From the human T2T-CHM13v2.0 reference genome, Homo sapiens, in NCBI RefSeq assembly GCF_009914755.1, contig NC_060927.1: a stretch of DNA of 64,000 nucleotides; one strand, given 5' to 3'. This document shows, one piece after another, positions 1 through 13,121 of the stretch. Numbering within the stretch: position 1 is the first letter of the stretch; the number at the start of each line of letters is the position of its first letter. A model generated the notes under the pieces. The model was not told the DNA's origin. It was given only the letters and a program-made list of their open reading frames with translations, and ran no database searches. Both the position numbers and the translations under genes were made by a program.

Positions 1-165
1 CAGTTGCCTGCCACCACACCCAGGTAATTTTTGTATTATTGGTAGAGATGGGGTTTCACCATGTTGTCCAGTCCAGGCTGGTCTCGAACTCCTGACCTCA
101 AGTGATCCACCCACCTTGGCCTCCCAAAGTGCAGGGATTACAAGTGTGAGCCACTGCGCCCTGCC
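1..165 (-). mobile_element. AluS SINE, left-arm part cut by the window edge
   Basis: Reverse-complement Alu left arm: GGGGTTTCACCATGTT...CTCCTGACCTCAAGTGATCC...CTCCCAAAGTG...GAGCCACTGCGCCC. Confidence 0.95.
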
Positions 166-361
166 CCTAGAGTCTTAAATCACAAATGTTTATCAAGAAG
201 TTTAAGTTCTGTTCATTAATTTAATTCACTCCATTCTTCGTAAAAACCCTGATATGCTAAACCTTCAATAATTCAATTGCATATTATCCATACTTTAAAA
301 ATAATTGCTCAAGTGACATATTGCATTACATTACATTACATTATTAATGGATACTAGAAAT

Positions 362-860
362 AGAGTGCCTACAATGTGCTGGGGAAAATATTAGGTGTTT
401 ACGATATGATCTTATTTATTCTCCATCATTCTAGTTTGGCTTTCTTATCTGCATTTTACAGATGAGGAAAATAGCTCAGTGTTACAAACTGAATGTTCAT
501 GCCCAAATTTATATGTTGAAACTATACCCCCAATGTAATGCCACTAGCAGATGGGGCTTTTGAGAGGTAACTGGGATTAGATAAAGTCATGAGGTTTATG
601 GGATTAGTACTCTTATAAAAGAGACCCCCAAGAGCTAGCTTGATCTCTTTCTACCAGAAACACAATGAAGAGTTAGCAGTCTGCAGCCCAGAAGAAGGTC
701 TTCACCAGAACTCAACCGTGCTGGCACTCTGATCTTGGACTTCCAGCCTCCAGAACTGTGAGGTTACAGCAGCCCAAATTGACTAAGACACTCAGAATAA
801 GCTGTCCATGGTCTTACAAAGATCAAACATTGTACTAGAAGGGGAACTCAAATCCACCTT
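362..860 (-). mobile_element. MIR SINE split by an LTR insertion at 480-790
   Basis: Antisense MIR core CATTTTACAGATGAGGAAA at ~452-470; MIR-like sequence resumes after 790. Confidence 0.7.
480..790 (+). mobile_element. MaLR solo LTR, MLT1A-like
   Basis: TG...CA termini; motifs GGGATTAGT..CTTATAAAAGAGACCCCA and GATCTTGGACTTCCAGCCTCCAGAACTGTGAG...GACTAAGACA; perfect 5-bp TSD CTCAG at 475-479 and 791-795. Confidence 0.9.
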
Positions 861-884
861 GGGCTACCACAAACAATAAGAAAA

Positions 885-1580
885 TTTTGCAAAATAGGAG
901 ACTATAAAGTTAACATACAAAAATCAACAGCCTTCCTACACAGAAACAAATGCCAGCTAGAAAATATAGAAGAAAAGAGCCTGTTTAGTATAGTAAGGCT
1001 GTAAGAAAGTAAGCAAGTAAATAAATAAGTGGATGCAATACCAAAAGGCAGACTTAATAATAAATGTTTAAACCTAAAGCCAAAAGGAAAATTAGAACAT
1101 TTCAGCAAGATACAACAGTTACTGAGCAAATGGAAATAAAAAACAGATTCTTGGATAAAAAGATTCACCCTCATAAGAACATTAATTGTTGTGATGTTAA
1201 TTCATAAATTCCTTATAATTTCAATAGAAATGCCATCAGGGATTTTCTTTTTCCTCAAGATCTGCTAGTTGATTATAAAGTTCACTTGGAATAACAAGTA
1301 TGCAAGAAAAGCCAGAAAACACTGAAAAAGAGTAATGGTAGAAGCAGGGAGGGAAGCTAACATTTCAGATATAAAAACAAGTTATAAAGCTTCTATAATT
1401 AAAATAATGTGATAATATCACATGCATAGACAGGTCAATGGCACAGAATAGAAGAATATAGAAATACATCTGACTGTATAGAAAAACTTACTATAGGATA
1501 TCATGCAAGTACTAGAAGAAACATTGATGAATTCCCTTACAAACTGGCACTGGGAAAACTGTTTCTAATTATGCTTCAAT
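885..1580 (+). mobile_element. Ancient L1 (L1M-type) ORF2 3' remnant
   Basis: Degenerate L1 motifs ATACAAAAATCAACAGC, TTCTTGGATAAAAAGATTCA, TTATAAAGCT, TCAATGGCACAGAATAGAA. Confidence 0.7.
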
Positions 1581-2209
1581 GTGATAATATCCAAGAAAGT
1601 CAACTAAACAACTGGGTATTAAAGGCAAATACCTCTTTTTATCAAATAATCATCATTCTCTGGATTCTATGTAAAGCAATATCTAAAACAACCCTGGGAA
1701 TCACATAAATCTCAAAATTGTTGAGTAGAACAAACTTTAACAGTTTCTCTTCCTTCATCATCATTTTTAAACCCCAGCAGAAAGATCACAGTAATATAAC
1801 CAAAACCTAAAAGAGCCTAAAACACACATCTGTAGGGTTTGGTTGGAAATAAACTACACTATCCTATATCCAGTTCATATCTAAGACTTTTCCTTGCATT
1901 TCAGTACGATGCTGCTTACTTTTTAAGAAGGATTACAATCCTTGAATATCTCAATCCACAATTTATATTTAAAAATGCATAAGTAATTTCTATGTGCTAG
2001 AGGGCAAGGGCCCTTAATAGATATTTAGATTTATACTATAATTAAAAAATAATAATAATGCAAATGTATGTCAAAGCTCTGTAAACAATATTTTCAGAAA
2101 ATTTGTTGTGGAGAAGGACCCCTGGTGTCCAGCTGGATTTAAGCCAGTCTATAATATAGCTGTTGACTGCATTGCCTTCAAATCTATTATCAGACAGATC
2201 TTTACTTAC

Positions 2210-2248
2210 CTTGAAATGTTTGACTTCACCATAAAATATATCAAGCTT
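2210..2248 (-). other. Candidate 39-nt non-coding (5'-UTR) exon
   Basis: Minus strand reads ctttacaaattttag|AAGCTTGATATATTTTATGGTGAAGTCAAACATTTCAAG|gtaagta, with a perfect consensus donor in unique sequence. Confidence 0.5.
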
Positions 2249-4196
2249 CTAAAATTTGTAAAGATTATATTTATGAATAAAAATATTGGTAGTGCTACAT
2301 TTCCAAATAAACATTTTGAGAAGCATGATATAGATTCTTTAGACACGGAATACACCATCACTGACTGGCAGGAATGTATCTCAGACACAATAGTTACAGT
2401 GTCTGATTGGTGTCTCTGGAACGTATAGATAGCATCTACATTTATAAAAATAAATACTATATTCACAAGTGGCTTCTGGAAAAGCTTCTTTTAAAAAAAC
2501 AACATTAAAATGGCACATTGGCAAAAGACATCACAGCCTTGCTGTATACTAACACTGCCTTGCAAATGAAAAACCTGCACTATTCCTTATGATCAGGGTT
2601 TCACCCATTTATTTGGTTAATCATTCAAATGGCTAAACAGACCTCTAATTTGAAAATAAAAACCAATTGATGCAATCACAAACAAGTTCTAAAATTGCGG
2701 TTTATAAAAATTGAAATCTTGTTCTAAGCCAAAACACACACACAGTTACCTTTTCCTAATCAGAGCATTCATTTCTCCTCATTATGATCTCACAAGCACA
2801 TTAAAATCTTATTAACATTAATTACTTCTGAGCGCCTATGCATGAGCAGTGACAGTCGTGAGTGTGCGCGTGTCTGGATCATATCTACATTTATATACCT
2901 TGCTGCACTTTGCTTATAAAACATGTGAAAATATTTCTGCTAACACCAATTAGCTAATTTCACACACACACAGATAGTAAACTGCTGTCTCACTGCACAG
3001 CCTATCAGAAACCAGTAAACATATGGACAAACGGACGGGAAAGAAAGCAGAAACACCTCTTGAATGTGAAAACTAAAATGCCTTATACTTGAGCCTGAAT
3101 ACTTAAGGTGAAAACAAGTTGGGAGGACAAAATAACAAAAATAGAAAACAATTTAAAATGATAAAACCAAGCATACTATTTTCTACACAGATGGTTTCAG
3201 TGATAAAATGATAGAGACAAAGAAAAACTGGCAAGCAAAAAGCAGCAAACACAGGAGAAATATACAGAAATGAAAATGTCCTTCCTTACATGTGTGTACA
3301 TGCACACACATGCACAAACACACACATATCTGCTCCTCTTAAATATACTCATATTGTAATTTGAATAAAAACAATATAAACTTTACTCTGACCATAAGGT
3401 AATAGCACACTACATTTCAAAGTCAAACAGGTCTATCCTCACAAGCAAATAAATATTCCTGCTCAAACCAAATGCTTTATGGATTCTACTTATACTAAGA
3501 ACATTATATACAGGAGCCATTAATACCTACAATGGAAACTCAAGGTAAATGCAAAAACCAAGGCAATTATAGCCACAAAGCTACATATAACTCTTATCTC
3601 TTTGCTTCACAATCTCCTTCTCTCAGCATACAACTATTTTATCATTCATACATATACTCCATCAATTTGTATTCTTCTTTGCCTCATCATATGTCCTTCA
3701 TTAGGAATATTATTAAAGAATAACCATTGATCATCGCATCCACATTTTCTTTTTCAATCCATGTGCCCATCTTCTCCTCACAGCCTAGAGTTTATAAATC
3801 CAAAGTCTTATTAGATACCACTATATCTATATAGTCTTTCTGCCATCTTTAATTTCCTTGTTGCCATCAAACTATACTGTTTCACAAAGAAAATACCAAA
3901 AAAGTCTGTATTCCATAATGAAATTTTCAGTGATGAAAACACTTACCCTCATTGGATTACAATACCTATGTTTGTAAACAAAGGTGAATAATAAAACTTA
4001 AACCTAAGAGTATTATACTTTTTATAGAAAGTTATTTTAGAACATTTGACTACAAAATAAATATAGAAAGAATATATTCAGCCATTCAGCACAATTCATG
4101 TTAAGTTGATTTAAGCAGTTAAGCTATAATTATAGCTCATGCTATAATTCCAATTTTCTACCTATTGTCCAGCAGGCTCATTGGCCTATAGCATAG

Positions 4197-4209
4197 GGGT
4201 CAATGACCC
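4197..4209. promoter_or_regulatory. Perfect IR1 nuclear-receptor element (FXR/RXR-type)
   Basis: GGGTCA-A-TGACCC matches RGGTCAnTGACCY; degenerate copy GGCTCA-T-TGGCCT at 4175-4187. Confidence 0.4.
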
Positions 4210-5436
4210 ATAGCAATATAGGTGTGCATGATAGAGATGGGCTACATAACAAATTCCTAAGTGCTCTCTCTGTAGAGTAGGATATATATTGGAGAAGAAA
4301 TGGTAGGGAGCAGAGAGAGGGTTTCTAAATATTTTTGAAATAGCATTAAAATATATGACATTGGTATTAATATAAAATGTAAATGGTAACCAAGAATATA
4401 CTGTATTTTGTTTTAATTTAGTATTATTCAACATGCTCATAACTGAACAAAGTTTAGTGGATATTGTCTGTGAAAACTAAAACTTGCTAATATAAGCACT
4501 ATTAGCTAATAAAGTGTTAAAAGTTTTTTTAATAAAGGATAGTAAAATAATGTTAGATGCAATAAAATGGTATTTAAAGATGAGCAAGAGTTATTTCAAG
4601 TAATTTCCAGTTTACCATAACAATTTACAAATTAAAATTATCATCCTTACGATGTTTACATAGACTTTGTATAGGTAAGTAGCAACTGTCACAGTAATAT
4701 TTACTACTTGTAAATATTCTGACTTAACCAGGCTTACCATACTGCATGAAGAGTGCCAAAAAAAAAAAAAAAAAAGACTAGAGAACTAAGAAAATAAAAA
4801 GTTGAAAACCTAACAGAATTAGTGGTTGCCTGTCTCATAACACAATAGCACTCTATGCTTAAAAAAAATACTGATTTTTAATTAGTAAACACTGAAATAT
4901 TTGTTTATAGGCCATTTATAGCCCACTAAACAAAATCTGTGAACCAAAAATTAAAGTATTAACAACAATTGCCAAATGAAGGTCAATCTGTTTTTTTAAT
5001 ATCTAAATTAACAGATCAGTGGAAAAATATGAGATTTGTTTTTTTAAAAGATTAATTTATATTAACATCTTCAAGAATACTTTGCATTAAGATAGATCCC
5101 TAATGATCAGAAAATTATGGAAAATCAGGAGTGAACAAAGAAATAATCTTGAGTAAATATAAAAAGTATCATCATGTTAATCAGTTAGCTATGCTGCAGA
5201 AAGCGTCCCAAGAATCCACTGACATATGACCAAGACCGAACTAGCAAAAAGTGCACAAATATGTTGAGACTTAGAACCCACCTTCTCTTTCATAAATGCC
5301 CCATCACAAACTGCAAAGATTAGGTGGCCAAATTTCAACATCAAAGATTCACTTGGCATTCTGAACCAGATCTAAGAATCATGGTCTTTATTTTCCAGTA
5401 AAAGCTAATAAGCTGAGACTTACTTAACGCTTTCCT

Positions 5437-5469
5437 GTTTTGTTTTGTTGTTGTTGTTGTTGTTGTTTT
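5437..5469 (+). repeat. (TTG)n/(TTTTG)n microsatellite
   Basis: tgttttgttttgttgttgttgttgttgttgtttt. Confidence 0.85.
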
Positions 5470-8094
5470 GAGCTTCTCAAGGAATACTGAAATTGGAGAC
5501 TACATGTGAAAACGATAGTTCATCTTTTCCAAAAAAAGATATTCATCCAGATTGCCCTCCAATCGGTGAAATCTGAGATGTCTAAAAAGTCTTCTTTGTG
5601 AAAGCCTTACAAATATATCCAAAGATGTTGAGTCCCATATGGCTCTGATAAATGAAACCCGTTATTGTGAATTTCAAGCTCTTCCTTAAATCAAAACACT
5701 ATTGGGTGAATTTGGTGCTCATGAAATAAAGCACTAATTGCGTGGCCTAACAACACTGAATCCTCTGCCTAGCAGACATTTTAAGTTGTGCCAAATTGGT
5801 TTTGGGATGTGAACAAATATCCTGGAGCCAGACTCTCTCACATGCACACACTACTCCCTGGAAGTAAGTTGGACACTCTTGGAAACTGCATTAACTCTTT
5901 CAGGCCACCAGGGAACCTAACTCTCACTAAAGGAAAGGCCTCTTTTAAGATAAAAACAAGTCATTTCATCTAAAGTTAAACCTAAGAAAGAGGTAAAAGA
6001 GCAAAAACTAATTTGTGGCTAAACACTAAAATGTCCATAGACATAAAATAGTCCTTAAACCCCAGTGGATGCTTTTTCAAATGTATCCAGAAAATCTTAT
6101 TTGGGCATAATTTCCAAGACATTAATAAGAGTTGTGTGCATTCAGGAAAAGAGAATTCATTTTAAGCTTAATATGCCACATTTGCCTCAGGCCGAGTGAT
6201 AAGAAACTTTTGTTTCTTTGGTAATCACTCTCAAGCTTATTATATCAGGAAATTTCTTGAGTTTCTATTTCACCACATGAAATATGATTTCCACACTAGA
6301 AATTTTTTTATGGTCTTTTTGTTCTGGTTCAGAAAGATGCCTACAAACATGAAGCTGAGTATTTAAATGGCAATTAATGTAATCCCATCTCCCTTGCACT
6401 CAAATTTAGGAGTTCATAAAAACAATTTTTAAAAGCACCTAAATATAAGAAAAATGTACAAAAACGGGCGTTGTATTTCTTTCTCTATTTTTTAGTCTTA
6501 ATTTCTTCAGCAGTAATTTCTTAGAAATAAGTTGTTTACTTTGGTAGGGCATTTTAATTAAGCATTTTATTTGCAGTATGATGAAAGCACAGCATTTCTT
6601 TCCCCTTTTATCTCACTAATAAATACCCTGGATTATATTTGTCCCCGGGATTACCTAAACTAACTACAATTTTATGCTTTTAGGTCACTGTCATTTTGTT
6701 GCTGTCATTCATCTTTCACCTTAAAGGCTTATGAAGATATAGATAAAGTAAAAACTACTTTTTTGGAGGTGGAAATAGCTAAATGCTTGTGAAAATGGTA
6801 TTTTTCAGTCATTTCTAGTTTAAGCCTTCTATATTTCTTAGAGAACCGTATTTATTTTGTGTCAATTGGTGTGAATTTAAGAGTATTACTAGAACCCTAT
6901 GTTCCACCTCCAACAAAGCTTTATATTCTAACAATTAGCCTGCATGTGCTGCTGCTATTGACTCTTAATAATATATAAAAAAAACAACAGCCTTGTCAGC
7001 CAACCCTACAAGGAAACTAGCTGCTATTTGCAAGTAGACAGGACACAGTTGTAAATCAAATGTGTGTAGCTGCTTCGGGCTTCTATTGGTTCAAACTGCA
7101 ATTCTTAGAATGGAATACAGGCTATGGGTGTGTTTATATGAAGGTCCTCTACCTGATTTTCTCTGGGGTTTTGGATCTCTGAATAATTCATATATTTCCA
7201 AATCAAAATTTAGAGGATCTGTAGTGCACTAGTCTGTGTTTGTACTATGTCTGATGCGATGGCATCACTTCTAAGTTCTGTTGCATATTCAGTTAGTCAG
7301 CTCTGGTAACCGAGTAAAACTCACATTCTAGTAGAAATTGTTTGGTATCTAGAACCTTACTAAGGACACTAAGGGGTAAATGGTAATATTCAACAGATAC
7401 CACATTAAAAAGTTTTCACTAATTTTTAAGTCAAATATTTATCATATCAGTGAGAAGTTGATCCAAAACATATTCACAACTTAGGGTGATACTAGGGCCA
7501 AATAGCAACTTTCCCCTGGGGTTCAAGCACAGAGGCTAACTGGGACAGTTATAAACTTTATGGAAGTCTAAAATTCTGATTCGTATTTCTACCATGGTCC
7601 TCCTTTCCAACTTAAATCCATCTAATGATATCAATTTAGGAGGAAAAGGTATCAAAATTTAGCTTATGTTCATTTCAAATACCTCAGATTAACTGTAATT
7701 AGGAGGTAAAAATAAAAATGGCCTGTCTTTAAATAGGTGTCCATTACATTTTTCACGTTTAGAACTCTGCCATGAGCTCAGAACTATTTATTCAATGACA
7801 TTTCCTTTTTCCAGTTATATCTTCATTACTTACATGATCCAAATAAAATAGAGAAAAAAAGGCTTCACGTGGTGGACACTGTCCTTACAGCTCAGCTAAT
7901 TCTAATGGTTTTAAAAGTCTAAATATATTTAATAACTAGCCTCTACACCTGAGATTATCAGCAGAATACTTTTTTAGATGTTAAAAGACAGTAGCCAAAG
8001 AAAAGAAGGAAAGAAAACGTGAGTAGGGATATTAGGAGAGCATCTTTATCAGCAAAAAAGCTGGATTGTCCAATTTCCTCACTGGAGCAATGAA

Positions 8095-8206
8095 TAACCT
8101 AGTTCCCAGTACCAACCCCAACACTGAAAACTGCTGTGTAACTGTAGGCAAGTTATTTAACTTCAACTGGCTCCTACTTCTTAATCTGTGATGCAAGGGT
8201 AATATA
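8095..8206 (+). mobile_element. MIR fragment
   Basis: GCTGTGTAACTGTAGGCAAGTTATTTAACTTC resembles the MIR core. Confidence 0.65.
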
Positions 8207-9683
8207 GTTTCAGGCACCAACTGCTTCCTGCATCCCTATACTGGCTAGGATCTTTTAAAAATTATTTCCTGGACAAAACCTCACCCACATGCCATCAGTT
8301 ATTTTCCCTCCTTTTTCCTGCCTCCTTTGCCTCTGCAGGGAAATAAAATTAGCAGTCAAAGTTAAACATGCCCAGTGGGCAAGACAGACTTTGGTTTAAG
8401 GAAAGGGATGGAGTAAGTTGTGTTAAAGTGCTTATTTGGCCCCAAAAGGTTCATTGTTGGGATACCACCTCCCACAACTAGCTCCACTGGAATTTTTCTC
8501 AGGAAAATGGAGAACTGTTTTAAGATAGACATGCCCTGTAAGCTGGTCTCAAATCAAAATAAATTTAGGATATTCAAAAAATGCCCTACAGGATTTTTCC
8601 TGTGGAGCCTAAATAAATCACTGACCAAATTTTCCAATTCATGCTCTGCTGCTAAAGGGGACGTTCTACAAAATCATGTTTTAATTTCTACATCTGAAAA
8701 AGGAGTATAGGTAAAGTTCTTCACTTTGGGTTTTCATTCTTCTCTCTTCTCTGACAGTATTCTAAAAGAATGCCATTTGAGAAAAGACCACTCTTAGAGA
8801 AGAAAATTGAAATATAACCCCAAATTTCCAATAAACTTGTAAGTCTGCTAAAGACAAGACCATAACCCTGGTTAGAGATTTTGTGGGTCTTCCTTTAAAA
8901 AAAATGAACCTTTTAATACATAGAGAGGTGTTAAGAATATCCCAAAAGTGTACACATATCTAAATTTACAAAATCATGATTATTTTCACAACTAAAGGAT
9001 ATATTTTAGAGCTCTTTTAAATTGTGACTGCCCTTACTGCATTTTACTGCATATCAATAATTTGCATATTATTAAATATTTAAAAAATATAAAAATTACA
9101 TTTTTAGCTATCCATACAGGATAAGTGAGAAATTGTACAAGTTTGCATACATGTGCTGTCATTTTATACTATGAGGCATTGTTTTTTTCAGACAAGAACA
9201 TCAGGAATGCTCAAGAGTCAGTTTTTAGATGTTATGAAGCACTGAGGCATTGATGCTGTTAACACTTTCATTGAAATTTAAATGCAAACCAAATATTTTA
9301 AGACCAATAACAATGGATATGCCATGAAATTGTTGTGTTTCACAGCGTGTCATAATAGGTAAAATTGGAATTTTCCTTCAAATAATCTGTCCCATCCAAG
9401 AGTTTTAACTCTCAAATATAAATATAAACAAAAGATTATTCACTTCAACTGATTTCCCTAGAGGATTATGCATTATCAATTCCAAACTTTACAAGATTTA
9501 AGAAATTACTGGACTGATTAAGTGTGGCAAACTGGTTTGTTCCCTACAAAGGAAACAAACTTAAATCCCACAAAGTTTAATTAGCATTTAGTGGCTCAAC
9601 AAATGGAGGAACAGCCTGATTCTGAATAACTGCAAAGCAGAGTCAGAAATTGTATATACTACTGGTTAACTTTGCTGTGAAAA

Positions 9684-9830
9684 TTAGAGTGAACCAGAAT
9701 TCAATCCCAGTTCTGCCACTTACTAGATCTGCAATCTTCGGTAAACCACTTAACCATTCTAAATCTTTCTTTCCTCATCTTTAAATAGGGTTAAGAAATA
9801 CTTCATAGCAAAGGCATGGTGGTTAAGAGA
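9684..9830 (+). mobile_element. MIR fragment
   Basis: AATCCCAGTTCTGCCACTTACTAG...TTCCTCATCTTTAAATAGGG. Confidence 0.8.
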
Positions 9831-10099
9831 TCCCATAGGCGAAGTTCCTTAACAATTCATTAACTATAATTATCACTACAATTTAGACCCCTTCTGACCA
9901 TTGAGAACCCATGAATTCTACATCCAGCTAAAAACCATTTTGCAATAGAAAAATTTTTTCAAAACTCAATTTACATGGTCTAAGCAACAATTATGATAGC
10001 ATGTCAGGGGCTAATGTGGTGCCAAAAGTTAGACATTATCATTTAACACAATGGGAACCTGGTAAAGATTTACTGAATGAGGAAAAAATATAATAGGAT

Positions 10100-10278
10100 G
10101 TAATAGAAAGAACAGAGACTAAATCTTGGCTTTGACTCTTAGCAGCTGTGTGAATTTGGCAATTTTTTCTGTAAGCTTCAGTTTTTTCATCTAAAACATA
10201 GGCAGAAAACCAGTGTATGCAACAAAGTTGTTGTATGCAAAGATTAAATTAAACAGTTTGTGTGAAAGGTGCTTAGCA
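10100..10278 (+). mobile_element. MIR fragment
   Basis: AGCTGTGTGAATTTGGCAA...CTTCAGTTTTTTCATCTAAAA...GTGAAAGGTGCTTAGCA. Confidence 0.7.
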
Positions 10279-10477
10279 ATATCTCGCTTCCTTAATTTTA
10301 GCATTATAGGACAAGAGTTCTAATCGGTTTTCAAGCCTAAACTTTTCTTATATAGCAGTATCAACTCTGGCCTCCTACATAAAGTAAGATTATGTTTAGT
10401 TAAGGAATAATGTGAGAGATGAGGATAAATTCAGGTGTGACAGTAAATATATTTTAACAATATACCCTAGAAACAAG

Positions 10478-10797
10478 AGTAATGATTCTCAAACCTTGCA
10501 ATATTACTAGGATCTTTGGTGTAGTTTTTGCAAAATATGGAAGCCCAAATACCAGTCTAGAGACTCCAATTTTAGATATGTGGGAGTAGAACCTAGGAAT
10601 CTGTGTATTTTAAAAGCCCTTGGCTGATTCCGACATATAATAATCAACTAAAGTCGAGTTTTCTGAAGTATGTGGGCCAGCTACAACTCAGGATGCCTGA
10701 GTTCCATTCCATACCCATTAATAATGGAGCTCAGAAATTTGAATTTTAACAAAAATCCGAAGAATATCTTATGTAAACTAAAGTTTGAGAACCACTG
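10478..10797. mobile_element. MER5-type hAT-Charlie non-autonomous DNA transposon fragments
   Basis: Start TGATTCTCAAAC, internal CCTAGGAATCTGTGTATTTTAAAAG, end AAGTTTGAGAACCACTG typical of MER5A/B. Confidence 0.7.
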
Positions 10798-11154
10798 GAC
10801 TAGAATATAGTAAGATAATATTGAAAAGAATTTTTTTCATATTTGGTTATTTAAACTTTTTTCCCTCTATTTTTAAATAAACATTACTGTCAAAATTTAT
10901 GAATGATGGGTAAAAATTTTATCTAAAGAAAATATTAGTTTTAGGGTAAGTATTATCATTATTATTACAGGTTTCAAAATCAAAATGGGAAATAGAGATA
11001 ACATTTTAAGTCATCTACAGAGGGTCCACCAGCACAGAAAAGTATATCACCTAGGAAACACCATGCGTTTCACTGTTTCTTAAATTTGTGTGTTTTGCTT
11101 TGACTTAGTTTTTTATTATCCATTCCTTCTTTAATTAGAGCAGTAATGCCAATA

Positions 11155-11360
11155 AATAATATTTGTATACTACTTTACTATTTATAAAAAAACTTCATAT
11201 ATATTAACTTAATTAATCCTTACAATAACCTTGTGAGGTAGATAGGAAAGGTAATATATATTATCACATTTCTGCCAATAAGAAAACTCTTAAAAAGTTT
11301 GTGCAATTTGCCCAGTCATAAGTTTGCTGGTATTTATGGTAATACGTGGACTGAAACCTC
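11155..11360 (-). mobile_element. MIR fragment
   Basis: TTAATCCTTACAATAACCTTGTGAGGTAG...AATTTGCCCAGTCA (antisense MIR). Confidence 0.7.
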
Positions 11361-12142
11361 TAGATGTAAATTTCATGCAAAACTGTGTGAAATTTAAAAC
11401 TTAGGATTCATTTTTAAGTGCTATGAATCAAACTCAAAATAGCATGAGAGTCTCTGAACTGCAAGTAGTCCATAGTCCTCTACCAACCTGTGGGTTCATC
11501 TTACTATATAAGTTCATTGTACTTTATTTATTATATGGTTAAAGAATAGAAGGAGAGTGGAGCTCAATTAACCAAAAACAAATGAACAAAAAAGTGAAAA
11601 ACAAATAAAAAAATGGAATATTCATCCATTATAATACTATTTACTCTGCCTACTTGCAATTCATTCCCCTATAAGCCCCTTTGCCTCAGTTTCCTCTTCT
11701 AAAACATGAAATATCAAATAGCACTTTCAAAGGCTAGCAATTTCATTTTCAACTATGATGGTACTTTAAAAAGTACAACTAAATATACAGCTAGAATAAT
11801 ACTAACATTTGCCCAATCCCTACAAAAATCCTGTCAAATCAACTAGTCCAGTCCACTCATTTTATACATAGGAAGTAGACCTAAAAAAACTTAAGTATGT
11901 TACCCCAAATAATAGCAAATTTGTTGTAAAGCTAGAATTAAAAATTATCTTTACATCAAAGTCAATTACAATACACACTTGTGAATAGGCAATGCCTTGT
12001 TTTCATAATCAAAAAGAGAAAATGGTCATTTTAAGATAAAAGGAAGAAGGTAATTTATAAAGGGATGTTTAGGCAGGAAGTGGTATCAGAAGCTGTTTTT
12101 CCAAAGTAAAAAGGCTCCAAACTTATTTACAACAAAGAAATG

Positions 12143-12210
12143 TGTATTTTATATATATATATATAACACACACATATATATAATACATACATATATATAT
12201 ATATATACAC
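12143..12210. repeat. (TA)n/(CA)n simple repeat
   Basis: atatatatatatataacacacacatatatataatacatacatatatatatatatatacac. Confidence 0.9.
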
Positions 12211-12249
12211 GAGAATGTTATAAACCAGCTAGACATAATCATTTGTTTA

Positions 12250-12480
12250 GACCTCAAATATTTGCATAGCTCTGTGCTGAATGCCAATAGAAGGTTCTGG
12301 AGGATGAATAAGACACAGACACTATCCTCAAGAAGCTCAAGGTTTAGTTGGAAGATGTGCTTACAAACAATGGCAATACAATGTGAGAGGTGATATTGCC
12401 AAGTTATGCATATAAAATTGCTGTGGGAATGTGAAAGAAGGAGCACCTCAATGCCTGAAATGACCGAGCTTAAGTGAGTA
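12250..12480 (-). mobile_element. L2 LINE 3' fragment
   Basis: CAAATATTTG...GATGAATAAGACACAG...CCTCAAGAAGCTCAAGGTTTAGTTGG, an antisense L2 3'-end pattern. Confidence 0.7.
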
Positions 12481-12781
12481 TCTCTGACAATCCCTGTCTT
12501 CTCCATTTCCAATTCTAAATTAAATACTTCCCTGTTTATGCCTAGAATTGTTAAAGAATTTTTTATATACCCTGATAGGAGAAAAGTAGTAAAGTGCACA
12601 CATCCTAACTTTTTCTTGGGTAATAAGAAATTTCAAAGACTAAAACATATTATAGAATTTTGGTACAGCTACTACGAAATCAGGGCCTGAAACAATTTGC
12701 CAATTTTTTGCAAATGTCCTGTTTTTTTGTTGTTGTTTGTTTTTTTCACTAACTCATGCATCAGTTACTTGCACAGCAACA

Positions 12782-12800
12782 GGGACACAAGGTGGCACTG
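12782..12800 (+). promoter_or_regulatory. Candidate CTCF motif (forward)
   Basis: GGGACACAAGGTGGCACTG versus consensus TGGCCACCAGGGGGCGCTA; the AGGTGGCA core is intact. Confidence 0.5.
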
Positions 12801-13121
12801 TCGTGCTGACATTCATTTCAGGGTCCTTTCTAAATGGACAAATTTGTAAGAGACAGAATAGACCCTATTGTGACAACTAACACCACAGTTGTAATACTGG
12901 CCGACTGGGTCTACCAACATTAACACTGGCCTAAAGAGGAGTATTTTGCATTTCATGAATATTATATCATGCCTATATAGAAATAGGACATATTCTCTGA
13001 TGACTTCTCCAAAATGTCATGTGTGTATTCATAGAAATGTCCAAAGGCATAGAGTGCAGCTTTGCCATTAGGAAGTCAGAAGTGAACTGCTTGCTATTGG
13101 CAAGGCAGTGGACACGGATCG

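Noticed and set aside
2381-2406. Hairpin TCAGACAC-N10-GTGTCTGA as a possible miRNA precursor
   Set aside because: The 8-bp stem is far too short for a pre-miRNA
4122-4137. 16-bp perfect palindrome AGCTATAATTATAGCT
   Set aside because: AT-rich; spacing does not fit MEF2 CTA(W)4TAG; plausible by chance
12123-12599. Longest ORF in the track (158 aa)
   Set aside because: Runs through an L2 fragment and a (TA)n repeat; no ATG start, splice support or protein-like composition
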